Assembly (NCBI GenBank): GCA_013115125.1
Contig: JABANN010000136.1
Coordinates: 1-63,504, forward strand
DNA: 63,504 bases
Source: Perkinsus olseni
Taxonomy: Eukaryota
Direction: 5' to 3'
A program made the position numbers and the translations under genes. The notes under the pieces are model-generated. The model worked only from the letters and a program-made list of their open reading frames with translations. It did no database searches and had not been told where the DNA came from. Below are positions 25,267 to 37,269 of this stretch, piece after piece; the stretch's first letter is position 1, and each line of letters opens with the position of its first letter.

Positions 25267-28200
25267 TTACACGAGGAGTGGAAGCTTCGTCTCTTCCCCC
25301 ACACGACCCGAATACTGGGTTACATACACGCGTTCGTTTCGACGCTCCCACACCGTCGTGGAATCTTTGGGCTCTTGAGGAGGCCGAAGCTGGCGGAGCA
25401 CGTCTGCGGCCTGCTTGAGCAGAGACTCTCTCGCGTCACTAACACACCGCAACGCTAGCCAAGAAGGACCGCAGGGGCAAGATGGGGACCAATGGGCGAG
25501 TAGATCACCCGAAAGGATATCGAACAGCCAAATCCCTCCCACTCTGTCGCAAACAACGATCGCTTGACCACTGCCTGTCGGTGAGACACTCTGTAGAGGG
25601 AGCTGCGCACCCTTCTCCGAGGCAGACCAGGTGTACAGCACCGACATCCTTCCCTCACAATTACCACTGGCCGCTGAGAGCTGTGAGGTCGACTTACCAA
25701 AGTTGCGCTTCGACTCGCGTCGCGAGGGTACTCCTTCGTTCGGGGCACCGCTGAGTCCCTTGCTCGGAGCTTCGTGGTTCTGTTGATCAGTCGAGCTAAC
25801 GCAAACCACAGAGCCGGAGCCATTCAGAGTGTTCACCACAAGAAAACCATTATCGAGGTCCAACGTTATGGACTTGCTCCCTGTGTTAATCGACCGGTTC
25901 GCTCGATCCTCTGACCCTTGAGATACTCCGGGTGACAGAATGACGAGCGATGCCAAGGAGCCTCGCGTCTCCACCGGTGTTCGAAGTCCACCAGGCTGGA
26001 CTCGTTGCGACGGCTGCCAATCCGCGTCAAGAGGCCCGGAGCTGAACATGAGCACGAATCGGTCTGCAGTGTGCAAGTGCCCCGCAGAAGAGCGCCTTCT
26101 CGCTGCCGTAATGGGTCTACTCGCCCGCCACAAGGTGATCCGGTGAGACGAATCTACGCGATCATCGCCATGCAGCGCTGCTAAGTGAATTGCATCGGAG
26201 CCTGCTCGAGACGATACGACCGTTATATCAGTTATCCCTCCCCAGTCGAGTGCAACGTCCATGACTTCAAGGCAAGAAAAGGGTTGCAGGGCATACCTGT
26301 AGATCTTACCGTCCTCACATCCGCACAGCAGGGTGGCAGAGGAGGGTTCATGAGCAAGCGAGGTACAGGTCACGTGTTTCCCAGCTCGCTTCGACCCTGG
26401 ATGGAAGGCTCGGTAACACCTGGGCCGCCCTGAGCCGCCGTAGCCAGGGGTCGTGCAGAACAGCCAAACCGGCCCACCCTCGTTGGAGTCGGCGCATGAG
26501 GTACTAACTGCCAGAGTGGGTTTCGTGGCGGTAAAAGCTAATACTGCCTTCACGGGGCCTGGTGCAGCCACACTCAGGTCGTTACCGGAGCAGTCCACTC
26601 GATGATCAACAGCCTTCAACTCTACGCTCTCATGCAGTAGAGCAAGGGCTGCTAGTGACGGGTATCGCCGGGTGACAACACCGGAAAATTGGTCCACAAT
26701 CTCAATCAAACCATCTGCACGGCATACAACCAGCATGTCTCGACACCCACCGTCGAGTGAGGAGGACCATGCATGCACTTGTGCTATCGCCGGTGAGCTT
26801 TCCGTTCGACCTCCCACCAGAACCCTGCCGGGCTCTCCAGGCGACCAGCGATGTCGAACGATCTTATCCGTAGCGTCGAGAGTTACGAGCCTCCCTGAAG
26901 CCTCGTTGAGAGTCGCCCAGACGACTTTACTATTGCCGTCACTCGAGCCGGTACCGCCGAAAAAGGATCTCTTCTTCGCTCCGCTGTTAGGACGAATGAT
27001 ATAAAAGCGCTTCCCAGCAAGAAGCAAACGGTTGGGCAAGGGTGTTAACAGCCTGCCCAGTACATTCAACTGACCGAGTCCACCGGGTACCTCGCTGACG
27101 ATACTCAGCGAGGCCGCATCCCAGACTATGACACGCGAACCTTCATCGATACTAGCTACGTAGGTACCATCGAGGCACGATGCAACGTCTGATAGGGGTT
27201 TGGCATGGCCGACCAGTGGCTGCTTGAAACCTCTGAATGAGTTGGCCTCCAGCGTGTACGCCGCCAGGACCGTGCTGGACGTCGCTACGACCAGCAGCGA
27301 CTGCTGTGGCGAGTACGCGACACTTCGTACTACGCTCCTTCCTGACCGCCTGTCTAGGTCACGCCAAGGAGTCACTCTTGCCTCCACCATGAGCCTGCTG
27401 CTCTCGAGCAGACAGAAGGTTCCATCCGAGGATGTCGACAAGAGATATGCGGGAAGAGCGCCTCCTGCTGTTGGACTGGCCAGCCCTACAAGCCTCGTGA
27501 CAGGAGCACTGTGAATCCCTTCAAGTGACTTTGCATGGGAGAGTTCCGCCACTGACCCCGCTCTGATTTCTAGAGCAAAGAGGTGGAAGCCGCCACGCGT
27601 ATCACACATCAACCAAGGCGTCTCTTCGTGTTTGATACACACGATTTGGCTCAGTAGAATGCGCTCCTTCCTCTGACCAAGCGTCAGTTTATGACTTCCC
27701 ACAGCGCGGAAGGTGAAGCCGAATTTTGTTCGGGAGCTCCTCGTCTTGTCGCGTATCTTTTTTTCCTCTTTTATAGGCACCTTTTCCCAGGCACCAACGT
27801 AATTCCCAGCGTACAGCACACAAATGACCTGGAAGTGGCGAATAAGTTTCGAATTCATATTAAGCGTGCATTGCACCTTAGATTTGGGGTCAAAGCTCAC
27901 TGAGATGGCTTCGTTTCGAGTTGGGACAGGGACCTCAGCCTGCGCACGACATGCGCCGACGAGGCCCTAACGGCCGCTCCTACCGATAGATGCAACTCGT
28001 GGACTAATCCGAGTATGTCACGTCTCGCCAACCAAACGCTCACTGCCGAGCACCGACGATGAGTTGTTATCACTGCGTCCAGAGAAGCGCAGTACCTGGT
28101 AGGGCGCCCTCATCAGATTGGCTTTTTACAAGCCTACTGCAAGCTTGTGATGTATTCGCCCGGATGGGTCGCTGAGTCCACGAATTTTGGGCATTTACTC

Positions 28201-29134
28201 CAGGCTGGGCGCTCGGCCAGATCGTCTGCCTCCTCCCTCGCGTCGAGATCAGGCCCTTGAGCCAGTGCCAACCTTAGACACGAATGGTTTCCAGATGACG
28301 CTGCGGCGGGCTAGCCTCAGAACGATCGCGCGATGGCCCAGACGCTACCTGCCGTTCCCGCCGTGGTTTGCCGCAAAGGCGGCCCGACCAAGCAAATAGT
28401 CGACGAGATGAATCCAGGAGACACCTAGGGCTCGGCCTTGATTATCTCGGTCGGACAGCGCGCCGAAGAGCTCGACTATCCCCGCTACGTACGAGTGCAA
28501 TCGCTGTGGATGGTAGCAACCGGTCCTGAAGACCATGTTACGACGAGGATTCATCACAATCATTACTGCTTACTTTAAGAAGAGGTCTACTAGTTGGACC
28601 AGCCTGAGCAGGCGGCGATCTTCCGATGGTACCGGTGCCATGGACCACAGAGCGAGAGAAGATTTAGCTGTCACAGCGGAGTAGCGCAGATGCTGGCGAC
28701 CTGGGAATAGGATGCTCGATGCAACGGAGAATCTAACCTGCGCCATCGTCCAGCAATCAGCCGGCTGCATAGCGCTCTCACTAACACGGGCACACACGAG
28801 TCCATGAAAGGGAGTCCTAAACTCACCATGTCGCTTCTTTCGGGGCTTGGGTACCAGAGGGGGTAGGCGGAATTCATCACCGACCGACTCAGAGTAGCGC
28901 TGCTTGATAAGGGCCTGATGACAAGGACGATAACCGTTTGGACGAAGAACGGTGAGACATGCATAGTAGTAGTTTAGAAGACGGGTCACAAGGGAAACGT
29001 TCATCAACAGCCTTAACCAGCCAAACTGAAAGACATTGGGCGCCCCTCCCCAACCCGAGCGGTACATGCATGTCCACCAGAGCCTCCTTGTCGAGAGCAG
29101 ATAGTATATCGTCGACCTCCATGGGGCAATCCAT
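25267..29134 (-). CDS. WD40-repeat protein with N-terminal EF-hand-like region (WDR49/EFCAB8-like architecture)
   Basis: 877-aa ORF (25267-27900) with GH..WD repeats (LVGHAKPLSDVASCLDGTYVASIDEGSRVIVWD; CGCEDGKIYRY). Upstream exons include ELFGALSDRDNQGRALGVSWIHLVDYLL. The 5' structure is approximate. Confidence 0.75.
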
Positions 29135-29718
29135 TTTACGCCGAGTTAATGCTGCTAGTCGTGAAACGCAGTCTCATTCCAGGCGAGCGCGTCGAGCTTT
29201 CGGCGAACAGAGAATTACTGGAAATTGTGGAGACCGTACGGCGCTTACGGTGGTGACGCCCCTGTAGGCCAGCGTTTATGATTGACATAATGCAATAGGC
29301 ATGGTCATACGAGCGGCTACCTTCAACAGCCTCGTTACTGTCATCTGCTGGCCTCATCGTGTCGTTGACTGCCTTCACTGCAGCACAGATACTCCTTTGT
29401 AACAACTCTTGTGCCAATCTCAGCGCTGTACGTTACACTACGTGACAGAGGTCTGCTAGAGTACTGAGTGCTAACTGGGAATATCGTTCTCCTGGGATGC
29501 GTAATTATTAGTGTCACAACGGATTTCTTCGCGTTAGTATTGATGATGACCATTCTGAGTTGCGTGTGCGTGCCTTGTGCAACGGTCCACAAGCGGGCTT
29601 GGGCAGGCACCGGTGTGCCTTGACAGGGATTGGCGTATGTGCGTTTATCGAACCAGAAACGTAGCTGTCATTCGAACGAGTATTGTCTTCTTGTCTCAGT
29701 GTATTTTCTTGAGTGGTA

Positions 29719-31632
29719 ATGTCGTCAGTATCGCCGTCCGTCAACAACAAGAGTAGTAATGGCGTCACTGTGACCACCGATGACTGCAGCAGCAGCGGGG
29801 ACCTGGTGTCCTGTCCTGGTGGGGTGTGCTCTATGCGACGACGATCGACGCAGGGTACTGATACGTCTATCGGGAGCAGCTCTGATGCAGCAAGCCCCCA
29901 TCAGAAGTTCGAACAGTCCGTGTCGCACGAGCGGGCATATCGAGCGCTGAAAAGGGAGAATCAGCCCGGCAGTCTGTTTGTTAGGGGCCGCCAGACTTTG
30001 ATAATCGACAGGAGGGACAAGAGCCGACATGGGCCGGAGAAGCTTCTGAAGGAGTACGAGTTGCAGAGGGTGATTGGTAATGGCTCTCAGGGGTCGGTGT
30101 GTGAAGCGGTTTGTCGTGCTACGGGTGACCACCGCGCCATAAAAATAATCCCAAAATGTGATGCTGTCCTCACGGGTGGGACGTGCAGTCTCGAAGAAAT
30201 CTCCATAGTCAATCGGCAGATGAAACGGGAGGTCGGCGCCATGGGTCGCCTCGACCATCCCAATATTTGTAAACTTTACGAGATCTACGAAGACAGTATG
30301 TCCTTCTATTTGGTCATGGAACTTTGCCGAGGTCCTGAGCTCACCGACTACCTCCTCAAGGAGCGCTACCTTTCCGAACCCGAAGCTGCCCGGATCCTCA
30401 GAGGTCTTCTTTCCGCCGTCAATTACTGCCACAGCAAGGGTATAATCCACCGGGATATTAAACCTGAGAATATCCTCTTCTCGACGCCCAACGTGAAGTC
30501 TCCAGTCAAACTCATCGATTTTGGCTTCAGCGCCCGGGTCTTTCAGAACTCCTGTGCACTGGGCTGCGATGAAGAGCATTCCCGCGAGATCGATCTGGGT
30601 ACTCGGAAAGTGTCACGGTTCGAGCTTCGGTACTGCGGTCTCCCCAAGTTTGACGCCGTCAAGGCTCAGCGGGAGGCCGTCAACAGCATCCCGCCAGGTG
30701 GAATCTCCCTGGTCAATGACTTCGGCAAGGGCGCTCAGAAGCTGCACGGTCTGGTCGGGACGCCCTACTACGTAGCGCCGGATATCATCGCTGGCCATCA
30801 GCATCACACCGGAATGGATATGTGGAGCCTCGGGGTTCTTTTGTTTGTACTGCTAGGCGGTTATCCGCCCTTCCGAGGAGCCACTACTGGGGAGGTGCTG
30901 GAGTCCATAACGAAGAGTCAGGGCGTGGAGTTCCCGGAAAAATGGTGGGGTGGTGTTTCGGAAGAGGCCAAGGATCTGATAAGACGGCTGATGGAGAGGG
31001 ACTGCAGCAAGCGGCTGACGGCGGCGGAGGCCTGGGAGCATCCCTGGATGAAAAGATACCGCCCGAATAGCGAGCTGGTCCATCTCAGTCCGGAGACCTT
31101 CGAGACCTTTGTCCATGCCAGCAAGTTGCGGAAGGTGGCAGTGAACGCCATCGCCTACAATCTGTCGGTCTGCAGCTGTGCCGAATGGATTCGGGAGATT
31201 TATCGGACCTTCGAAGCCCTCGATGTCACAGGATCGGGCACGATAACACTACCGGAGTTCCGCAGTGCTATGAAGAAGGCAAGGCCCGAAATGGGAGAGG
31301 CTAAGATCGACGAGCTCTTCGCGGGCATCGACACGGACGCCAGCGACGAGATCGACTATACAGAATTCCTTGCCGCTGCGATTTCCCAGGTTACCTTCTC
31401 CCGCATCGATCTGTGCAAGAAGGCGTTTAGGATCCTCGACCGGAAGCAGGATGGGAAGATTTCTTCCGATGAGTTGAGGCAGATCATGGGTATCACCCAA
31501 CGGGACGACTTGGACGAGGAGTCGGTGGCGGAGGTCATTCGGGAGTTCGACACCAACGGTGACGGCTTTATTGATTTTCAAGAGTTCCTTTCGATGATGC
31601 AATCGTACGATGTTGGCTCTTCTACGCCCTGA
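29719..31632 (+). CDS. CDPK: Calcium-dependent protein kinase (kinase + 4 EF hands), intronless
   Basis: GNGSQGSV, AIK, HRDIKPENILF, DFG, GTPYYVAPD, DMWSLGV. EF hands DVTGSGTITLPE, DTDASDEIDYTE, DRKQDGKISSDE, DTNGDGFIDFQE. Confidence 0.97.
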   Translation: MSSVSPSVNNKSSNGVTVTTDDCSSSGDLVSCPGGVCSMRRRSTQGTDTSIGSSSDAASPHQKFEQSVSHERAYRALKRENQPGSLFVRGRQTLIIDRRDKSRHGPEKLLKEYELQRVIGNGSQGSVCEAVCRATGDHRAIKIIPKCDAVLTGGTCSLEEISIVNRQMKREVGAMGRLDHPNICKLYEIYEDSMSFYLVMELCRGPELTDYLLKERYLSEPEAARILRGLLSAVNYCHSKGIIHRDIKPENILFSTPNVKSPVKLIDFGFSARVFQNSCALGCDEEHSREIDLGTRKVSRFELRYCGLPKFDAVKAQREAVNSIPPGGISLVNDFGKGAQKLHGLVGTPYYVAPDIIAGHQHHTGMDMWSLGVLLFVLLGGYPPFRGATTGEVLESITKSQGVEFPEKWWGGVSEEAKDLIRRLMERDCSKRLTAAEAWEHPWMKRYRPNSELVHLSPETFETFVHASKLRKVAVNAIAYNLSVCSCAEWIREIYRTFEALDVTGSGTITLPEFRSAMKKARPEMGEAKIDELFAGIDTDASDEIDYTEFLAAAISQVTFSRIDLCKKAFRILDRKQDGKISSDELRQIMGITQRDDLDEESVAEVIREFDTNGDGFIDFQEFLSMMQSYDVGSSTP

Positions 31633-31728
31633 TGGTCGCTGATGATTTTGCTGGTTCTGGTCTTTTATTTATACACCCCCTTCTTCGATGACCAACGATG
31701 AGGCTATCATCAATTTAATTCTCCCGCG

Positions 31729-31753
31729 TCATCATCATCATCATCATCATCAC
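31729..31753. repeat. (TCA)n microsatellite
   Basis: Run of TCA triplets just downstream of the CDPK stop. Confidence 0.9.
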
Positions 31754-32254
31754 CAGTATAATATTTCTGTAAACTCAGCCATATGTTTGCCACATGGAAA
31801 CGCCTAGTGTTTATTAGTGTGCTCAGTTGACGGCTATTAGTCGGAAGGCAGAATCTCAAGCTTCAGAACGATGAAGGCGGTTGTTGCTCCGCAGTCGTGC
31901 CTCGAAGGGTTTGAAGGGTTTGACTTGCCTCGATGCCAGACACTGAAGGTAGTGGCTCAATCTTGGATACACCACTACGATCAAACCCAGATAGAATTAC
32001 TAACGCGAAGATAGACCTCGCACAGAAGTGAATACCTCCCACTGCAGGCAGTCTATGGACAGTTTGATTATTGGGTCGATCCATCTCGAAATCCGATCTC
32101 GGAATCGCACAGAGCCCCTTCTGTTGACTGATAAGTATACTAGGATCTCCCACTCTGCTGCGACAAGTTCGCTTTCCCATAGGCTCACTTCGGAACTCGG
32201 GATGGTTGTATTGCGTAGAAACGTGTGGGCAGTGATAAGGTTGGAGATACGTTG

Positions 32255-34487
32255 TCACTTGAGTTGCCGTAGAACGGGCTTCTGCTTCTCGCCGACCTTG
32301 GGCCTGCTGCCCGGCTTCGAGTTCTTCACTCTGTTAGCCTCCTTCCTCTTCTGAGCCTCGTCCATGACGTTCATCTTATCTTGACGAAGCTTGATAGCCT
32401 TCGGGAGGTGTTTGTGACTGCACGGAGGAAGGTCCCCGGTTCGAACCCTGGTGACGACATCTTACTTCGCAATTCGCCTTATCTCTGGCATATGCTTGTA
32501 CTTCGCGACCAGCTTCTTGCGATATGCTTGAGCCTTCTTCTCCCGCTTGCTCACGACGCCCAACTTATCCGAAGCCTGCCCATGTAACACGACGGTAAGC
32601 GCAGGTTCGATCCCCGGCCCCACCATCTACTTCATTTTTCCACACCCGAATATTGCAGTCCTCCGAACCGCTGAAAACGAATCGTCCATCACCACTGTAC
32701 TGACAGCAGAGGACTCTTTGCATTCGCTTCGTATGATACACCTGAGCGTTGAGGAAATGCAAGACGAGCAAGTGGCCAACAAGACCACCGACCTCTCTCG
32801 AACGTTGGGTCTCATAATTGAAGATCCTGATGGTCTTGTCGTAGCCAGCCGAGACCAGCTCCTCTCCGGTCGGGCTATAGTCCAGATCCAGTACTGCCCT
32901 CACGTGCCCCTTATGGATGAATACCGCAGAATCCAGTTTTCTGACACCTCTAGCTGTTCAAGTATCACGCGACCAGTGACACTACCTCATATCGAAAGTG
33001 TACAAATTGCCGTCCTCGTTGGCTACACTGAAGCGCAGCGGCTGGCGAGGATTCCAACAGAAGGCGTTGCTTCGGTTTCGAAGGACCACCTGTAAAGACG
33101 ACCGCTTCAAAAATTGCAGGACATCTAGACGAGGACCATGGAACTAATTGCCTTGCCAGAATTCATCCACTGCTGCTGATAAGTTTTATTGAACGAGAGA
33201 ATTGTTCATTTCCGTTCAATTAATCATTTACTGATGGGATTAATAATGAAACAAGAATGGGAATTAATTCTTGGGAATTAATAATGAATTAGTCATTATT
33301 GATTTTTACTGGGGGAAAAAGGGGAGACTATCACCCAAGGAAGCATTCATCGACGGTTCAAAGACGTACTTCTCAAAATCGGAGAGCCGGAGGTTCGCTC
33401 TCTGACATCCCTCGGCACTTTCAAAAGACCCTCCCCCCTTTAGTCAGCCCATAGTACCTTCCTCAAACCGCTCTGCATGCGGACATCGAAGAGCCCAATA
33501 GAGTTGTCCATGGCGGTAGTACCGAGAAGACACTCTTCGCAGGGATTGAACTTAACACTTAGAGTAGCCTCAGTGCCCCACTCGTAGGTGGAGAGAGGAG
33601 TAGTCCTGCAAGGACGGTACAGCGATGGTGGTGGTGACCGAGATAGTACCGGTTGTAATCCCAGATGTCCACAGTCTCTCCGGCAGTGGCAAGCATGGAG
33701 ATCTTACCCCAATGAGCATCGATCGAGGATAGCATGGAAGACTGACATGAGCGAGCTTCGCCAGACTCAATGGACGGCGACGGCTATTACCGAGTTGAGT
33801 ACGTGTACAGGGGCGATCTGGTCGTTGTGGAGGGAGGCTGAGGAGCCCGATTGTAGAGCCCCCACGGTACTGAACTTCTCATCAAGCATCTCCCCAACAG
33901 CCTCGTCCGGGTCGAATCTTAGATCAAAGCCTGCAGTTCCCGATACCATCCCTTCCGTTACTACTTCCACAATTTAATGGTCTTATCCTCGCCGGCGCTG
34001 ACGACTAGGGAATCATCGCTGGTCGTGCACAAACCGCGGACGAAGCCTTCGTGAGCTCTCACTGCCTTGAAGCACCTCCGCTGCCCGACATTCCAGAATC
34101 GAATCTGAAGGAATAGTTCTCTCAGACAGACCCCCAGGGCGTTCTGAGCACCTCGCCATCGCAGCTTCCAGTGAATAAGGGCGCTATAACGGTCCTGCAT
34201 CGGGTCATGCACTTAACGGCATCTGTGTGGCCTTCCAGAGCACATAGGAACGGCTTGGCGAACATTTTTTGGATCTTCGCTCCGTTCAAGGCCCGAGTGT
34301 ACCTGTAGTGGTACGCGCCTCCTAAGATTCGTGGTCACTAAGCCTGCCCTTCGGCAACCCTTCATTACTCTGTAGCCCGGTCGAAGGGGTGCAGAACAGG
34401 ATCCGCATTGCGCTGGTATTTTTGGATGCCTCCTGGCTTGGTTATGGTATACTCGGAAGGATCTCGATGTAGAATCTTGACCTTCAT
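32255..34487 (-). CDS. DCAF13: DDB1- and CUL4-associated factor 13 / U3 snoRNP protein Sof1 (multi-exon)
   Basis: MKVKILHRDPSEY..QRNADPVLHPFDRATEYTRALNGAKIQKMFAKPFLCALEGH; AVLDLDYSPTGEELVSAGYDKTIRIF; YHTKRMQRV; SGSEDCNIRVWK; Sof1 C-terminal domain EIRRIANHKHLPK. Confidence 0.96.
32418..32465 (+). other. tRNA(Val)-like 3' half filling a 48-nt SOF1 intron in antisense
   Basis: The + strand reads CACGGAGGAAGGTCCCCGGTTCGAACCCTGGTGACGACA (variable loop AGGTC, T-arm, 7-nt acceptor strand + A). The - strand intron is GTAAG...TGCAG. Confidence 0.8.
32576..32630 (+). other. tRNA-like 3' half filling a 55-nt SOF1 intron in antisense
   Basis: The + strand reads TGTAACACGACGGTAAGCGCAGGTTCGATCCCCGGCCCCACCA. 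The - strand intron is GTAGA...GGCAG. Confidence 0.72.
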
Positions 34488-34806
34488 CTACGGAAAATGT
34501 AAACTGAGGCAACGGTAGAACTGATCGAGACAGTACCCAAATCTTGGACTTTCCAGTGGAGAGTCTCCACTATGACCGCCATGGGCTACGAAAGTGACCG
34601 ATGGAACACACCATGAGACTCTGCGGTGGAAGGTCTCGACTTGATGTCTAAGCGAGACCGGCACGTATGATACGTGACGTATCCAAGTGAGAGAACTTGG
34701 ACGGATCCGCGACGAGATTGTACAAGGGGGCGAGAATCGTCAAGAACAGACGTCACGTTCCGTGGGCCACCTTGGTGCCCCCAATCACATCGCGCCAATC
34801 ATTCGT

Positions 34807-34878
34807 GGGTGTGTAGCTCAGTGGTAGAGCGGCTGACTGCAGATCAGCAGGTCCTCGGTTCAAATCCGGGCGCGCCCT
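34807..34878 (+). tRNA. tRNA-Cys (GCA)
   Basis: GGGTGTGTAGCTCAGTGGTAGAGCGGCTGACTGCAGATCAGCAGGTCCTCGGTTCAAATCCGGGCGCGCCCT, with U73 and a following T-run. Confidence 0.96.
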
Positions 34879-35102
34879 CTTTTGCTCGCGTCACATTTTC
34901 ATTTCTGCGTTGGACTAAATTGCGAGTTATTGTAGTGAGTTGCCAGCAAGCATATTCTCATCACTGCCGCTCGGTCGACCACAATGCACTCGGTCAGCCG
35001 CCTTGAGTCTCAGGATCTGAGACGATAGCGTTCTCGGAGTTTGATCAAAAACTAGCCCACGCAGCGCAGTTTGTTTCTACTTTTTTGGGATTTGGGACTA
35101 GT

Positions 35103-37269
35103 ATGATGCGGTCCTTCCTCCCTGTCACTCGCCGATTCTGCTCTTCCTCCGCCGCTTCAGTCGCCACGCATACGCCGAGACCAGCCAAGGCGCCGCTGAG
35201 GAAGCCAGAATGGCTCAAAATGACATACCCGTAATTCCCGTTGTAGCAGCGCCGCGACGCTAGCATCTTTGAACCACTCGCGGATTTCGCCGAAACTCGC
35301 TTTCAGTAGCTTCCGTTGTCATCCGTTCATTTCCTTAGAGGATTGACCGACGATGGTCTCGTACGGTATCACAGCCTGAAGGCGAATATCAAAGCTACTG
35401 GGCTAGCCACAGTCTGCCAGGAGGCGAAATGCCCCAACATCGGTGAATGCTGGAGTGGAGGCACTGCCACTATAATGCTGATGGGCGACACTTGTACGAG
35501 GTGAGCGGAATTCCGTTCAGCGTCAAGTGGGGGACTGTATGGTATTCAGGGGATGCCGATTTTGCTCGGTGAAAACGAGTCGTAAGCCGCCTGCGTTGGA
35601 CGCCAGCGAGCCCTTGACTGTAGCGGAGACGATATCGAAGTGGAAGGGGGAGGATGGCAAGCAGCTGAGCTACATAGTAGCGACTCGAGTACGGGGCTAG
35701 GGTTCAGCTGGAGCTTCTGTAGGTGCTGACGAGCGTTGACCGCGATGACGTGCTGGACCAAGGCTCGGTACACATCGGTGAGACTGTGAGAAAGTTGAAG
35801 GAAAAGATGCCTGATCTGCTCGTTGAGGCCTTAGTGCCCGACTTCAAGGGCGACAGGTACGACTCTGTACGTAGGTTTATTGAGAGATACGGTATTGGTA
35901 GTTACTGTGTGAAGGAAGTAGCCACCAGCGGTTTGGATGTTTATGCTCATAACATAGAGACCGTAGAGAGGCTGACGCCCTCTGTGAGGGACCGCAGGGC
36001 AGGCTATCGCCAAAGTCTGCGTAATAATCTCATTATTGAGCTCGCGTGGGTAACCTTATCCCTTTGAAGGTACATTGGAGCTTGCGAAGGAGTACTGTCC
36101 TTCACTATTGACCAAGTCATCCATCATGCTGGGCCTGGGGGAACAGGATGCTGAGGTAGTGTGGAGGGTGATGAAGGGATGCGCCGCTTCATGATAGTCG
36201 TTAGGATGACGGCTAGAGTTACCGTTGGAAGTGCGGTCTGTGTCTTGTCTCAGCTCTGGGTGAGGGCAGTTGTATCGTTTTCGTCGACTCGCAGGCCAGG
36301 CCATTATATTACTCTTCCCCCTTATGTAGCGAAGAATAGTCCTAAGTAGCAATCGCAAGTGTGTCACCAAGTACCTGGGGCCGTGGCCCTTGTAGATTAT
36401 TCAGTTGGCATCATTCTTCAGTGCAATCTAGCGGCGTTTTCTCTCTCCCATTTCGTGGGCGTCATATGATTCTTCTAACCCTAAGGGATGCACTATCACT
36501 GGGCTGTCTCGGAGTCCACTGCGATCTGATACTGTCGTCTATTCTTGTATGGCCGCCCTAGCGCGTCGTGAGTTTCTGTTCAATGGTCGTAGGTTTCAGA
36601 CTGAAGCTGAAATGAGGCATGGCTCCATTGCTCATCAGGCTCTGTTCAGGTCGAACAAGCGATGCAGGATCTTCGAAGCTCTGGAGTAGATGTAGTGACG
36701 TTCGGACAGTAGGCCTCGCTGTGGGGTGATGGAATTTCGTGGCGCGTGACGTTTTTTGTTCAGGTATCTGCAGCCCACTAAGCATCACATGAGGGTTACA
36801 CGGTATGTGACACCGGAGGAGTTTAAGAAGTGGAAGACTGTTGCTGAGAGGATGGGCTTCATGTGAGAGGGGAGAATAAGTTGCATCTCTGCTCATAGAG
36901 GAATCTTTGTCTCACCCTGGCGGAATATCTTGGAGGTCGGAGTCGAACCACGATTAAGATATGACCACTAATTTCTTCCGAATGCGACTTCATCGTATTA
37001 GATTCCGAAAAAAAGGAAAAAATCTTTTTGATATTTTTTGGAATTTTTCAAATCACAGTATTTTCTTCGTGACAGCAGGAAGCCCCCTTTGTGCTGAGAA
37101 ACGTGGCGATTGTACCTTGCATGATGTATAAGGAAAGCTTCTGTCGAGAGAATATCCCTCCCTCAGGTACTGCGCCAGCGGCCCAATGGTACGAAGTAGC
37201 TACCGGGCAGGGGAGTACTATATGGAAGCGATGATACGGCAAAAGAAGATGAGAGGGGTTGTCGAGTGA
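35103..37269 (+). CDS. LIAS: Lipoyl synthase (radical SAM) with mitochondrial-type transit peptide, multi-exon
   Basis: [20 protein letters not shown] (CX4CX5C), CTRGCRFC (CX3CX2C), [52 protein letters not shown]-terminus [15 protein letters not shown]. Confidence 0.97.

Noticed and set aside
29725-30579. 284-aa minus-strand ORF and other long antisense ORFs over CDPK and the array genes
   Set aside because: Typical antisense shadows of GC-rich coding sequence with no protein-like features.
33170-33320. AT-rich patch with repeated ATTAAT in the long SOF1 intron as a MITE
   Set aside because: No clear terminal inverted repeats, target-site duplication or second copy in the window.
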